Under the pieces are notes generated by a model. That model made no database searches. It had not been told where the DNA came from and saw only the letters and a list, made by a program, of their open reading frames with translations. Both the position numbers and the translations under genes were made by a program. Source: Lepidodermella squamata (Eukaryota > Animalia > Gastrotricha). From it: a stretch of DNA of 64,000 nt. Below are positions 1 to 12,613 of this stretch, in pieces. The stretch lies in contig JBLDXI010000004.1 of NCBI GenBank assembly GCA_047495785.1, positions 186,001 to 250,000 on the forward strand, given 5' to 3'. Numbering within the stretch: the first letter of the stretch is position 1; each line of letters opens with the position of its first letter.

Positions 1-49
1 TCAACAAGCAAATCGCGGCGATCCAGAAATAAAGGGAAATTTGTTATAC

Positions 50-1949
50 CTGAGCTATCAAGCAATCGGCATAGTTGCTAGCAAAGTCTGATTTCGCCCT
101 GAAAATCAGTACCTGAAATAGAGAAAACGGCAATTACGCGATAATCAGACTGCTATATCAGAGAAAGCACCCTTCAAATTGAAATAGACAATTTTTCCCA
201 CTTGAACCTCCCAACTGAATGCTCCCCCTAGCACCTTGAGCATAGCCTACCTCTGTCATAGGAGACGGGCAGGAGTTGCGGCAAACCAAGTTGCCAGACG
301 ACGAGCATATGGCCGCAGGCTGCGATATATCCAAAATAAATTCGAAAAATAGCGTTTACGAACAATCCAACTAACGCCGGCGGTACAGCGATATCTGTCG
401 ATGTAGGTTCCGCTGCTGTAGGACTAGATAGTCGGAAATGAGGAATCAGGGAATGCATTTGAATTACTAAATTTAATCAACCTGAGTCATTGTTGCCGGA
501 TCGCAAGGCGTTGATTTACAACCGACGAAGGACCGGTCGCTTTGGAGGAAGCATCGATTGAATGGCACGAAGTCGGCATTGTTGCGGATAACTGATAATA
601 TAGAAAAAAATTGCTGAACCTGGCGGAAGATACTGATAGTTGGCGAAAACACGAAATCTTCAAATTATTGAGATGAATCCAACCAATTTTATTCCGACTA
701 GGTTCAGCTCTGAGGGGGTTAAATCGAGCATTTTGAGACCTAAATCAACAGGGGGACCCTTTCGTTTTTCAACAAATTTCGAATGACAAGGGGGTTTGTT
801 TACCCCATTACCCCCGTACTCGGACCACTGCCATAGGCTGTTGGTGAGAAGAATGAACAAACTCTTTTCCTGGGCCAAGCACATTTGCAATGTGTCGTAT
901 TTGCCGACTGGAGTCTGAATTGGAGAAACAGAGAATCTTGGATTCAACTATCCACATCAGTCGGATTAACGCTCACCGCGCCATCTGGGCATAGGCCGTT
1001 GACCGGGATACACGTTCGCTGACCGTTTTTGTCACAGGCTGTCGCCTGAACGTTCTGTAAATAAGTGAAAAAACGGGAGAACATTAAACTTAAGAGTTAA
1101 ATCGATTGATTTTTGATTGAAGATATGCCTAAATTTCAGCCAAATTTAGAAATTGGGGGATTCTCATAGGGACCAAAGTTAGTGGATTTCACAATATAAA
1201 ACCCGTTTCTATCATCAGTTATACAGTGATTACATTGATTTCTCTGCTGTATTTCATCGTTTGTGGCGCGTGCCAAATAGTGTGGTAAATATTCATTCAT
1301 AATTTTAGAAATTGGCGTTGGCGTAATTTTCAAAATATTCAAATACTGCGTATTTTACAGAGCAAAGCATCGCAGGTAGGAAGTGCTAGTGTCACATTTT
1401 AAGTATTTCTTCAGCTATTTTACAAAAGCGTACCAGGAAATTTTTGATCGTAGATCGGCATACATCGTACTGCGATCCGAAAACGTCTCCGAGAAATTCC
1501 GCAGTCTGTTTCGGAGAATGGGATGATAAGTTTCAATTGCACGTGAAATCCCAGGCACGAACCATAACTTCTTCATTTTTGTCACAGCCGAGGTTACGCG
1601 GGATGCATCGCATGTTGATCGTTTTGTAGTTGAAACAGCTTCGAGCGGCCTTACATCGAAAAGGAGAGATGACAAATTAAAACAGGAATGGATTAACTCA
1701 CACCGGCTTTGCAGCTCGCTAGCGAAGGTAATTGGAGTCCGAGCTTTATCAAATGCAGAAATCCGATTAAAAAATGTTAATTAAAGTTAGAAACAATGAA
1801 CTTGCCTGAACTTCATCCAGGAACGAACAGTTCTGTTTACAACCTGTGAAAGCGTCATTCAAACGGGAGAAACATCGCTTGTACTCTTGTTGATAGGCTA
1901 ACGAAGTTAGGCTTAGGATGAGAAGGGTGCGAAACATTTCGGCCATCAT
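50..1949 (-). CDS. Gene A: secreted four-Cys-module protein, 10 exons visible, 3' end runs off the window start; recent paralog of gene C
   Basis: Exon 1 (1949-1806) is MMAEMFRTLLILSLTSLAYQQEYKRCFSRLNDAFTGCKQNCSFLDEVQ (signal peptide plus module 1). Later spliced exons include LGLQLPSLASCKAG, AARSCFNYKTINMRCIPRNLGCDKNEEVM, NVQATACDKNGQRTCIPVNGLCPDGA, ..NRCFLQSDRSFVGCKSTPCDPATMTQ, PAAICSSSGNLVCRNSCPSPMTE and VLIFRAKSDFASNYADCLIAQ (112-50). They join in frame via GT/GC-AG and are collinear with gene C. Confidence 0.85.
692..830. mobile_element. 5'-truncated copy of the 154-bp hAT-type MITE at 53979-54132, in an intron of gene A
   Basis: TCCGACTAGGTTCAGCTCTGAGGGGG...CCCCGTACTCGGACCACTG matches the 53979 copy; absent from the homologous intron of gene C. 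Confidence 0.75.
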
Positions 1950-2018
1950 TTTAAATATATATTTTAAAAGAGAAAATAATGAATAAAATTTTACGTTGAC
2001 CTCTTTTTTCAAATTGAA

Positions 2019-2025
2019 GCACGCG
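2019..2025. promoter_or_regulatory. GCACGCG/GCACGTG motif upstream of family genes (example: gene A)
   Basis: Same core motif at 3800, 12683, 16616, 16908, 36958, 38144/38188, 51737, 61129 and 63309/63355, each 65-185 bp from a family ATG (or the relic exon). Confidence 0.55.
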
Positions 2026-2118
2026 TTGTTTTCATGCTATTTTGATTTTCAAAAAAACATCTGGCACATTCAACACGCCTGAGTATTATTTTCATCCACA
2101 CCCTTTGAAAATAACATG

Positions 2119-2455
2119 GATTGAATCAAGGACAACAATCCAAGACATAAATTTGAAATTCATTTTTTGTATTTCATTCATTTGTGATATCTGCGATCGA
2201 CTATTGAATTTTCTGCGATTTTACATTTTAATTAATATGGTTCATAGTCAATAGACAGGGAGACACCAGAGGATTTTCTAACCTACTGATTGAATCAAGG
2301 ACAACAATAAATTTGAAATTCATTTTTTTTATTTCATTTATTTGTGATATCTGCGATCGACTATGGAATTTTCTGCGATTTTTAATTGTAATTAATATGG
2401 TCAATAGTCAATAGACAGGGAGACACCAGAGGATTTTCTAGAGCTGAACCTACTG
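2119..2455. repeat. ~170-bp tandem duplication upstream of gene A
   Basis: GATTGAATCAAGGACAACAAT...AGACAGGGAGACACCAGAGGATTTTCTA occurs twice here and once in the paralogous region near 12783-12950. Confidence 0.85.
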
Positions 2456-2594
2456 CTCGACGAAATCCTTGATGGGCTAATCGAGCTGCGTGACAAAATT
2501 CGACGCTTGTACTATTTAATTTTAATAATACTTCAATTAATTTTATGGAAAAGTGATATTTTAGGTATTTAATTTTTAATGAATCAGAATATCT

Positions 2595-2904
2595 TTTAGC
2601 GGAACCAAATTTGCCTGTTTCGGATCCAAATTTCACTGTAGCGGAACCAAATCGGCATGTTGCGGAACCTAAATTTAGGCAAGCAAAAGGTCGCTTTTTG
2701 AATATTTCTACGAAATTTAGGTAATGCATGAATTCTTTAGTGATGAATGCGTCTTGTTCAGAATTTTACGCTGAATTTAATGATGATTTATTTCAAATTA
2801 TGCCGATTTATCATGACAAGTTTGAAAGCTTCGAAAAGTGACTTTAGGCCCATTGAAAATTCCAAAATTTGGTTCCGCTAACAGTCAAATTTGGTTCCGC
2901 TAAA
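2595..2904. mobile_element. MITE-like element with TIRs and subterminal GCGGAACCAAATTT repeats
   Basis: TTTAGCGGAACCAAATTTG ... CAAATTTGGTTCCGCTAAA; missing from the duplicated copy near 13040. Confidence 0.7.
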
Positions 2905-3902
2905 CGTAAGACCATTTAATTAATTTTTTTGACTTCGGGGTTATTGACGGCACTACAAAGAAGCTCAAAGTTCCTACAAAGAGGTGCCACCTGAGTTTGT
3001 ATTTGGGGAATTACCGAATATTTATTTTTTTGTATTTATTTTATTTTCAAGGCGCACAGCTGTTGATCGCGAGCTCGCACACTTGGCTTTATTTCAAGAA
3101 AAACATGTTATTGACGATTTTCTGTCGAAAACCAGGCGATGTCCACGACCAAATAAGCAGATTTTAAAATAGCTCGCATGCACCGGATCTATAAATAGCT
3201 TAAACTACAGGTTCAAAACAGCCAAAAATTGAAAGTGAAACTTGGACAGAACTTAAAGTGTGGGTTAACAGGAAACAAGTAAGTGACACAATGCGATGCC
3301 ACTCAACGTTCAGATACCTATCATATAATTGGCAAATCTTCGGGAAACTAGTTTTGCTTTTCAAGTCAACTGCTCAATTTTCCCAGGAATTTAACGTCGC
3401 CTGCGTACTAGTTTTCAACTAAATAATTCCTTCATGAATCCATGAAAGTTTAGGTTTTTCGTCCCTGATTCATTCCATTTGTTGTTTGTATTTTATTCCT
3501 GAAGCGTGATATTAAATACAATTTAGCGTTTTCATGCGCCAGATGCTTTCTGAAACGGCAAACTGAAAAATAGCAACACGTGCCCAAGACTTTTCTAGAA
3601 AAGGCCAACGCGAATTGTCATTCCTTGATTATTAATTTCCACCAAATGCTGATCAATTTCTTTGCCCAATGATTGTCTATGATACATGTGGAATAAAAAT
3701 CCCATGTATATAACTCGTCTCTAAAAAAATTGACCTTAAATGTTTGAGAAGGCCACAATTTTGAAACGATACGCTTATGTGAGTAGCTTTTTCGCCCGGC
3801 ACGTGCGAAACATGAATGATTGCATGACTGCTTGTATTTTTTATATTTGAAATAATGAAACAATTTTGAATAGCGATTAAAACTTGTATTTTAGGCGAAA
3901 TC

Positions 3903-6501
3903 ATGAAATTGCTTGTCATCATTTTGGCTGGGCTGATCGTTACCACCGAAATTGTGCAATGCGGCGAGTGGGCGCGTTGTTTCTCGCAGTTTGATGACTC
4001 ATTCACTGATTGCCGTCAAGTTCCAGATGGTTGCGTAAAGTTGCGGGAGTATCAAGTAATTTCCAAAACTTTACTTTTCATTACTGTAACAAGCTTTTTG
4101 CCTCCCAGGTTGGTGACAAAATAGCTGATCAAAGTTCATGTTTGAAAGCGGTTTGTTCTTTCTACTGTAGTTATTATTCATGTTCAATAACTTCTCCTTA
4201 ACAGACCGCAAGGTTGTGTTACAGATTTTCTACCAACGCAGCCACATGTCGACCCGGCATTCCAGGATGTGGAAAAACAAACGAAATCCTAGTGAGTTAT
4301 CACCAGCGTTCGAAACTAAATTGAATAATTTTTTATTTGTTCATGAATTTTGTTCCGCATTTAATTGCTCTGGTTGGCAAATTTGTCGAAAATTCTGATA
4401 ATTGAAACCACTAAAAATCAATAAATCAATAGGAATTCATAATTGTTTCTAAACATTTTCGAAAATACTGAAAACTACACAAAACTTTTCTACATATTTA
4501 GGTATGCAGTTAAGGTTAAGAAGTGAAGCTCTCATAAGAGGTTCGCAATTTTTCCTTTCTCATCTTTTAGGAGCGATGGCTCGCAATTTGAGCCCGGGAA
4601 ACACCGCGGTTAAGAAAGAGTTGGTTTAAAAAAAAAGTCGACAATTTTATGCATAATTAGTTGTTAATTGTAATAACCTTACCATATGTATAGATTTTTA
4701 ACCTTTATTTTTTTTATTAAATTTGAACTGGAATCATAAAAGAAACATCGTATGACTAGTTCTTAAATAACGGCTGTGGGGTTTGTTATTCGCAGTTAAC
4801 TTCGCCAGTGTGATGCAAAAACAAAAATACGTATTCATAAAAAATCTGGCAGTTTGAATGTGACCATAATGATGATTCTCCATATTTCCAGGTTGGCGGG
4901 GCTTATAATGGAGCGTTTCCATTTAGAGCCAATCTGGGAGCCTGCATTAAAGACTACAACTCGTTTCCGGTTAGTTTTTTTTATCAAAACGCCAATATCA
5001 ATCCAAGGTAATTATTTGTTTACAGAATCGAAAATTCGATTCGTGCTTTGATTCATCTTGGCAGTTTCTCACATGTGTTCCTAGCGAGTTTTCGTGTCCG
5101 AGTGGGGTAATAAATGTTTCTGTTGAAAATTTCGATCACCATCGGTATATCAATCGATTCAGGGTAAGTATGCCACGGGCTTCTCAAATTTGGACGCCTG
5201 CCTTCGAAATAATACCGGCAAGTTCTAGGTTTTTATTCTCGAGACGTTGTTTTTACAATCGAATTCATGCAATTTTCAGCTGATGCTGCTGACTCAATCA
5301 AGCCGCACATCCGTTGCTTCAACGCTGCCACGCTTGAATTCACCGGCTGCAGGTTGAGCAGCCGAGGCTGCGGAACCGATGAAACTGCTGAATTTTCAAC
5401 TGGCGTCTACAGGAGCAAAGCGAACTGCTTGTCATGGGTAAGCTAAATTTCAATAGAACATGTGATCCAATCACATTCTGCGATAGTATGCTGTCCAGTG
5501 CGATACGCCCAACGGCAAGAAATGTTACAATACTTGTCCGGCTGGTTCAACCGCGGTTAGCGAACTATGTTCCATCGAAACTGTTCTAGAAATTGTGTTT
5601 TTAGGTTACCATTTATGCCAACTCGACGAAATTCGCTGATAACCATGCAGCCTGTTTGAAAGACTCGAAGCCGCCATCTAGGTTCTTTCTCTCACCGCTT
5701 GATGGGGGCGTATTCCGGCAACAATACAAGGCCTGCAAGAATGCTAACGGCCGCCTGGCTGTGTTTGCGTCGTTAGCTGAGGTCGCTGAAGCCGCGGCCT
5801 TGCTCACGGACCTTGAGTTCCCCTACGTCGGGCTGGTCGCTGATTTCACTTGGGAAGATGGCAGTCTTGTTGACATGAACTCGCTGTTCTGGCAAGAAAC
5901 TAGTCCTGGTGGATCAGGCGAATGTGAGGCGATCAAACACTATTTAAAAGGATTGTTGACCGAGACTCTGCTTAAATAGGTATGATTTTGTCTGCCGATG
6001 GCTTTATGGATTCCACCTGCCCAGGCTCAGGCACTTACGGCCTTTGCTCCAACAATGTGAGTGAGCCTTAACCTCGCAACTGCCGTTAATAAGATCTTTT
6101 TAGACACTGGATAGCTTGGAAATCTCGACGGTGGCAGGCTCTTGGGACTCGCTTTCGAACTATTGCGTATCAAAAGGCAAGAGGTTGGCTGTAATCAAGG
6201 AAGAAGCGACGTTCGAGAAAGCAAAATCACTGCTACCAGCGGGTTCTCAGGCTTTCATCGGGGCGAAGCGGAGGAGTGATAAGCTGGACAACCTGTCATG
6301 GATAACTGGCAATCCATTCAACAGAACGGCCTTCGACTTTACTGACGAGATTGACCCGGGAAACCACTGTATGGATAGTTATAACCTATTCAAAATTGAC
6401 ATTGACGATTGAATTATTTCTTAGGCGTGGTGTTGATTAGGGGCTACCTAGCAGCAGGCTATTGCCTTGGCAATGGATATGGCTTATGCGAGAAAATCTG
6501 A
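3903..6501 (+). CDS. Gene B: secreted protein with 5 four-Cys modules and two C-type lectin domains (12 exons, apparently intact)
   Basis: Exons 3903-4055, 4109-4150, 4205-4291, 4892-4969, 5026-5106, 5163-5217, 5280-5437, 5487-5555, then from 5605 on. CTLD1 is ACKNANGRLAVF..YVGL..WEDGS..ECMIL..C..GLCS. CTLD2 is YCVSKGKRLAVI..FIGAK..W..HCVVL..YC..GLCEKI*, with TGA at 6499-6501. Confidence 0.88.
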
Positions 6502-7674
6502 GACTCGTGGAGCAGAAATCTTCTAGAATCTTCGGACTTCGAGAAACTAATTCCATCTTACCATTCCCCCCGATGAAACCCTCAACATTCTCAATTATTA
6601 ATGTATTTCTTTGACTAATCCCTCGTGAAGATCTACAAAATAAATAGTAGATATAGCATGTACAAGGTTTTTCAACTTTTCTAATTTTATGTGTACTATT
6701 TTTACAGTATTTTCTGATCCGCAGCGGATTTCATGACGATTCAGGCCGGTAAAAATTCTACCAAGACTTGCCTTGATATTAAAGACTTGTAAAACTACAG
6801 CTGGCATATGGGAGCGCCTGTTTGGCAGTAGCTTTCACAGTCCTGAACATGTGAGCAGCGATGAAACCACTATACATGTACTGCCAGGCTCATAATCCGG
6901 CATCTCGAAGGCTTGAAATGTCGAATAAGTGATAAAAATTAAATCAAACACGTCAATTAATGTTTCAAGTTTCTAGCCAAAGCAGTGGATGTATAATATG
7001 TATTCGCATGATTAAGTGACGGCTGAAACACGGGTATACAATAAAATCCGCTTATATTTGACATTTGACATGCTTGCTATTTCGAAGATTTTCGTATAAA
7101 TGCTAATTCAATAAATTTAACTCCCGTTTTTCTGCTAAGATTTTCTGTTTTTCTAGACAATTGACATTCTCCTATGATTGAGGCTAAAAAACGATACAGA
7201 AATAGTGTTCCCACATGGTTAGTTCAATGGAAAATGCGATTCCGCCCGGTGTTTCCGCCCGGTGATTCCGCCCGCTCACGCGTGTTAAGGTGCATCTTTT
7301 ATTTTTAATTTCTGTTAAAATCCAAATCACTGAATTACTGGACGAACCAGGCTCCATTAAGGGATTGGACTAGCAAAGCAAAAATTTGAACCAAAGAACG
7401 CATTTTAACAAAAACCATATTTATTGAACGCTTAAACTGTGAGAGATGAGCTTATAAATACAATCAATTATTACCCTCTTGTAGTATTTAACGTCTGAGT
7501 CTTAAAATCAGTCGGCTACTGTGTTCATCATTGTTCGCGGATTAAGTATGAATCGAAGACCTCGATTCATACAGTCATTCGTACAAGAAAAGTGTTTCTG
7601 TATTCTGAGCCATCCAAGATTGCTTAATTCCAGCTAGTCGACCACTTTGTCAAAAATTGTTGTTGCCTAAAAAT

Positions 7675-8484
7675 CATGGTTGTCGTTTTATACAGATTTC
7701 GGGGAGTTTCTACATGTTTAAACGTTTAAACAGTTTTAACATGTAGAAAACTGTTGAAACATGTCAAGCGAAACTCGATATGCGTATTTGGGAGATAATG
7801 GATTTCAATCAGGACTGGAAGTGACCCTGCCTCGGAAACGGTGATGGCTATCAAAATTCTCCAAAAGCCATTCGATTCAGTGGGTCCACTTTCATTTGCG
7901 CTGTTAACTTTCTTTGCTGGCAATAGCTCAGATTCAAGTCCTTTATAGGTAAATTAAGGTCGATTTGAAATTGTACGAGATTTCGAGCATTTTCTGGCCA
8001 TTCTTCCAGCAAAATCTCTAAAAATGGCGTAAACTAAAGCTCGCTTTGCTCGCAAAACACAGTTAGACAGTAACGTTCGAGGTTCCCAATCAAATGACTA
8101 TTTCAGGCAAATCAGGGGGCGAAAAACTGTGGAATAATTTAAAGTAGCAAACTAGCGTTCTTGAAACTCGATAAAATGAGATGGCGTAGCTGTTCGCGAG
8201 CGAGCATAGCGAGCAAAATTCTTTTACAGATAAACTGCGTCCCTGGCAGGTTGGCCGGCCTACTTTCCTCGCTGCCCAAAATATGGCACATGGTCGCTAC
8301 ATTGCATTTTCTGGGGTAACTTTTCACGGAGAATTCAGTGAGTATATGTTTCACCATTGCAGTGAGCTGGGATTCATTTTTGGCCCGCGATATTCTACGA
8401 GTTTACACATATCTGTTTATACATTCTACAGACACCCATGAGTTTCTACATGTTTATACAGTAGTTTATACAACGACGACCCTG
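7675..8484. mobile_element. Non-autonomous hAT-like element carrying a nested insertion
   Basis: Imperfect TIRs CATGGTTGTCGTTTTATACA / TTTATACAACGACGACCCTG; near-perfect 8-bp TSD CTAAAAAT/CTAAAATT; subterminal GTTTCTACATGTTTA repeats. Confidence 0.6.
7933..8274 (-). mobile_element. Truncated copy of the CAGCGAGGAAAGTAG-ended hAT-type element
   Basis: Ends in GTCCCTGGCAGGTTGGCCGGCCTACTTTCCTCGCTG, shared with the full copies at 22878 and 32616. Confidence 0.8.
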
Positions 8485-9116
8485 CTAAAATTATTGTTAC
8501 ATCACTACTAAACTATCTGATTTTGCCAATGTCCTACTCATCTGTAATCTGTCCTGCAATTACATGTTTCCCTTTCAAACTACCTCTTGTCAAGCTGCCC
8601 TCTTTTGTGCGTTAAAGCTTATAAATAAATAAATAAATTCATTCATTCCCCGTGTTGCTTTCAATATCGATCTGCATGATTTTACGCGGTGGTAATTGGA
8701 GATAGAGTAATTAGGAGTATTTCACAGCTTTGCTTCGTGCTTCATATTCTTCCTAATAAGCTCCATCTTCTTAGATGGGAATTTGCAATCTGTAACATCG
8801 TGGGAAGCGTTTCGCGTAGCTTATCCGATGAATTAGCAAAAATCCTTACAACATTTTAAATCTCCCGCTAGAAATGAGGCGAAACAAGCGATCATACACT
8901 TGTCTTTTTCATTAACGGTGTAGCGTGTAGTACGTGGTGGCAAAATTTTACGAAGATGGTGGTTTTTATTTTATTGCGTTTTTATTGAAATAATCCTGCC
9001 TATTCAAATCAGCCTCGCGTACAGTGAAAGGGGTCATTCATTTGACATTAAAATCATCGATTCACTTAATAACCTTTCACTTCATTGTGTTTCAAGTAGT
9101 AAGTAGCACTTTGACC

Positions 9117-9388
9117 CGCGCGCTGATTGGCCAATTTATTGTTGCTATGACTCCGGGATGAAACAATTTAGTCGTGCGATCCACTAATAAATTATTTTCT
9201 ATTTATGCAAAAAATGACCTTGCCACACCCTCTGCACGGTTTCCATTGACCACGAGCGTAAACCCCATAATAATCGTAGCAATTTACTGCGGCAAAAAAA
9301 CACTTGTTGCAAAAGATTTCATGGATCGCACAACCAACATGTTTCATCCGGGAGTCATAGCAACGATCGATTGACCAATCAGCGCGCG
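9117..9388. mobile_element. Foldback/MITE with ~65-bp inverted arms just downstream of gene C
   Basis: CGCGCTGATTGGCCAATTTATTGTTGCTATGACTCCGGGATGAAACA is inverted at ~9322-9388; one arm recurs at ~34900-34970. Confidence 0.7.
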
Positions 9389-9474
9389 CGCAGAAATTCG
9401 ACTATTTAGCTCAAGCACAATGTTATTTATCCTCACTTTGATATCATCTCAAAACTAGCTTGCCGCACAAAATC

Positions 9475-12400
9475 TTACAAAACCGTCTCGCACAAAACGT
9501 TGTTTTTATCAAGCGCGCAGGTAACAGATAAGAAGTAAAAATTGTCCACGTAAAAATGGAACGCAGCGCAGCCATCAAATCTTGTCTTGGGCACCCATTG
9601 CGATTGTAGCCATTGGCTCGGGAAGCTGGAACCATCATCCCATTTAGGCACTCCGCTTTGCCTGGTCAGACCAAGCCAGTAAGTGGTAATATTTCGTGAA
9701 TTAGGATTCACCAGTTTCCTAGCGAGAGCCAGCTCAGCGTCCGTCCTTATCGTAGCTATTGTTGCATTGTTAGCCAGGCATGCCGCTACCGCCGCATCTT
9801 TTCCGTTCAACGCCGCCTGAAGCTTCAAGTACTTCTTGGTTGCGTTCTTACAGCTGTTCTCGTCCGGATACGCGATATTAGCCGGAATTCGCAGCTGAGA
9901 CGTCGCATTGCAGCCTGTCGTCTCCTTCACGCAATTAACCGCCGCGTTACTGTTGTCGACGCAGCGGATAAACGAAGACTACAAATTATAAATGTTCTAA
10001 TTTTGAATTTTGGTTTATAAGGATGGGTGTGATCGAAAGATAAACCGTAGCTAACTATAAGTTTAACTAGTAGTTAGGCTCCCACATACAAAAGTTCATA
10101 GTTAACTTATAGTTAGCAACGGTTTATCTTTCGATCACACCCATCTATGTGTCACTTTTCGAGAAAAATAGCAATCTCCCTAAACTTTGGACTTCAAGCT
10201 CAAGTCCCGAGCTTTTCGACTGAAAAACAGCTGGAAAAGCCCAGTTAATTTTCTCAAGAAAGAAAATGAAAAATGCTTTTGAATTCGCATAATATCTCAT
10301 AGCTTGGACATATGGAATTTTGGAATTTGAAATAATAAAAGGCCACGAGTGGCAGCCGCTCGTAATATTTCGAATTTATGCTAGCATCGCCAAGGGCCAA
10401 GTATTGAGAACCTCAGGGCCAATAAGACAGCTAAAATCTTTAGAGATCACGCTGTGGGACGCATCTTATTCGTGAAATCGATGGGAAAGCCCACGATTGC
10501 GGCGATATGGAAATAGTACGAAAATTTATATACCTGAGCTATCAAGCAATCGGCGTAGTTGCTGGCAAAGTCTGATTTCGCCCTGAAAATAAGTACCTGA
10601 AAAATAGAAACCACTAATTACGTGATAATCAGACTACTAAAGAAAAGCCCCTTTCAAATTCAAGGCTATAATTTTTCCCAGTTGAACCTCCCAACTGGTT
10701 GCATCCTCCCCATAGCTCCTTGATTTATCTTAGGCTTAGCCTACCTCTGTCATAGGAGATGGGCACGAGTTGCGGCAAACCAAGTTGCCAGACGACGAGC
10801 ATATGGCTGCAGGCTGCGTTTTATATATCCAAAATAAATTCGACAAATAGCGTTTACGAACAATCAAACTAACGCCGGCGGAACAGCGAAATCTGTCGAT
10901 GTAGGTTCCGCTGCTGTAGGACTGGATAGACGGAAATGAGGAACATTTGACTTCAAATTTATCGGAATTTATTAACCTGAGTCATTGTGGCCGGATCGCA
11001 CGGTGTTGATTTGCAGCCGATAAAGGACCGATCGCTTAGGAGAAAGCATCGATTGAAGGGCACGAAATCGGCATTGTTGCGGATAACTGAAAAGATAAAA
11101 AGTGTTTGATCATCAGTAAGCATGGCTCAAGCAGAGATTGTTTTTTATTGAAATGTAACAAGTATGATCGATATCCGCATTCGATTTTCAAATCGTTAAC
11201 TGTTGAGGTTGAAATGAACCATGAAACAAACTCTTTTCCTGGGCCAAGCACATTTGCAATGTGTCGTATTTGCCGACTGGAGTCTGAATTGGAGAAACAG
11301 AGAATCTTGGATTCAACCATTTACATTACTCGGATTGACGCTCACCGCGCCATCTGGGCATGGGCCGTTGACCGGGATACACGTTCGCTGACCGTTTTTG
11401 TCACAGGCAGTCGCCTGAACATTCTGGAAAATTGAAAAATCACTAGAATGTGGATGACCATTTGTTACGCCGGCAAATGCCTATTCTCAACTCTCAACCC
11501 TGAACTGTGATAACTTCAAATGAGCGAGCGAGAAGAGCTTCACAGAACCGTCATCAAGAAAGATGATATTTCAAAATCGCAGATATTTTCCAGCCCCCTA
11601 AATTTCACACAAAAGAATTCGATATCGACGAAAATCACTCGGTAAATTCCTGCTCGCTAAAATATAATAATTTAAAATAAAAAAATGTGTCGGGTCCAGT
11701 CTTGCAAATTTTTATTAAAACTGCAATGCAGAAATTCTTCAACTATGTATTTTCCAAAAGCGTACCAAATTTAGAAATTGGGGGATTCTCATAGGGCCCT
11801 AAGTTAGTGGATTTCACAATATAAAACCCGTTTTTCTCATCAGTTATACAGTGATTACATTGACTTCTTTGGTGTATTTCTTCGTTTATGGCGCGTGCCA
11901 AATAGTGTGGTAAATATTGATTCATAATTTCAGAAATTGGCGTGACGTAGCCTATTTTTAAATAAGCAGCCAGTGGAAAATTTACAATAATTTTCAAAAT
12001 ATTCAAATACTGCGTATTTTACAGAGCAAAGCATAGCAGGTAGGAAGCGCTAGTGTCACATTTTAAGTATTTCTTCAGCTATTTTACAAAAGCTTACCAG
12101 GAAATTTTTGATCGTAGATCGGCATACATCGTACTGCGATCCGAAAACGTCTCCGAGAAATTCCGCAGTCTGTTTCGGAGAATGGGATGATAAGTTTCAA
12201 TTGCACGTGAAATCCCAGGCACGAACCATAACTTCTTCATTTTTGTCACAGCCGAGGTTACGCGGGATGCATCGCATGTTGATCGTTTTGTAGTTGAAAC
12301 AGCTTCGAGCGGCCTTACATCGAAAAGGAGAGATGACAAATTAAAAATGGAATGGATTAACTCACACCGGCTTTGCAGCTCGCTACCGAAGGTAATTGGA

Positions 12401-12613
12401 GTCCGAGCTTTATCAAATGCAGAAATCCGATTAAAAAATGTTAATTAAAGTTAGAAACAATGAACTTGCCTGAACTTCATCCAGGAACGAACAGTTCTGT
12501 GTACAACCTGTGAAAGCGTCATTCAAACGGGAGAAACATCGCTTGTACTCTTGTTGATAGGCTAACGAAGTTAGGCTTAGGATGAGAAGGGTGCGAAAAA
12601 TTTCGGCCATCAT
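9475..12613 (-). CDS. Gene C: secreted protein with 6 four-Cys modules and one C-type lectin domain (11 exons, apparently intact)
   Basis: Exon 1 is 12613-12470 (GC donor); exons 2-10 are as in gene A. The last exon (9978-9475) is SSFIRCVDN..CVKETTGC..ENSC followed by a CTLD (ACLANNATIATI..YWLGL..WDDGS..GCAAF..VTC..VLCETVL*). Confidence 0.88.
10022..10145. mobile_element. Short palindromic MITE in the last intron of gene C
   Basis: GATGGGTGTGATCGAAAGATAAACCG ... CGGTTTATCTTTCGATCACACCCATC. Confidence 0.75.

Noticed and set aside
1415-1675. ORF MSSLLFDVRPLEAV.. (also at 12094)
   Set aside because: Wrong frame; the true exons read AARSCFNYK.. and TAEFLGDV..
2382-2729. ORF with repeated FGSAT
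   Set aside because: Translation of MITE subterminal repeats.
3880-3902. Splice-acceptor-like TTTTAG just before the ATG (also in genes H and I), suggesting SL trans-splicing
   Set aside because: Cannot be distinguished from an ordinary 5' UTR intron without transcript data.
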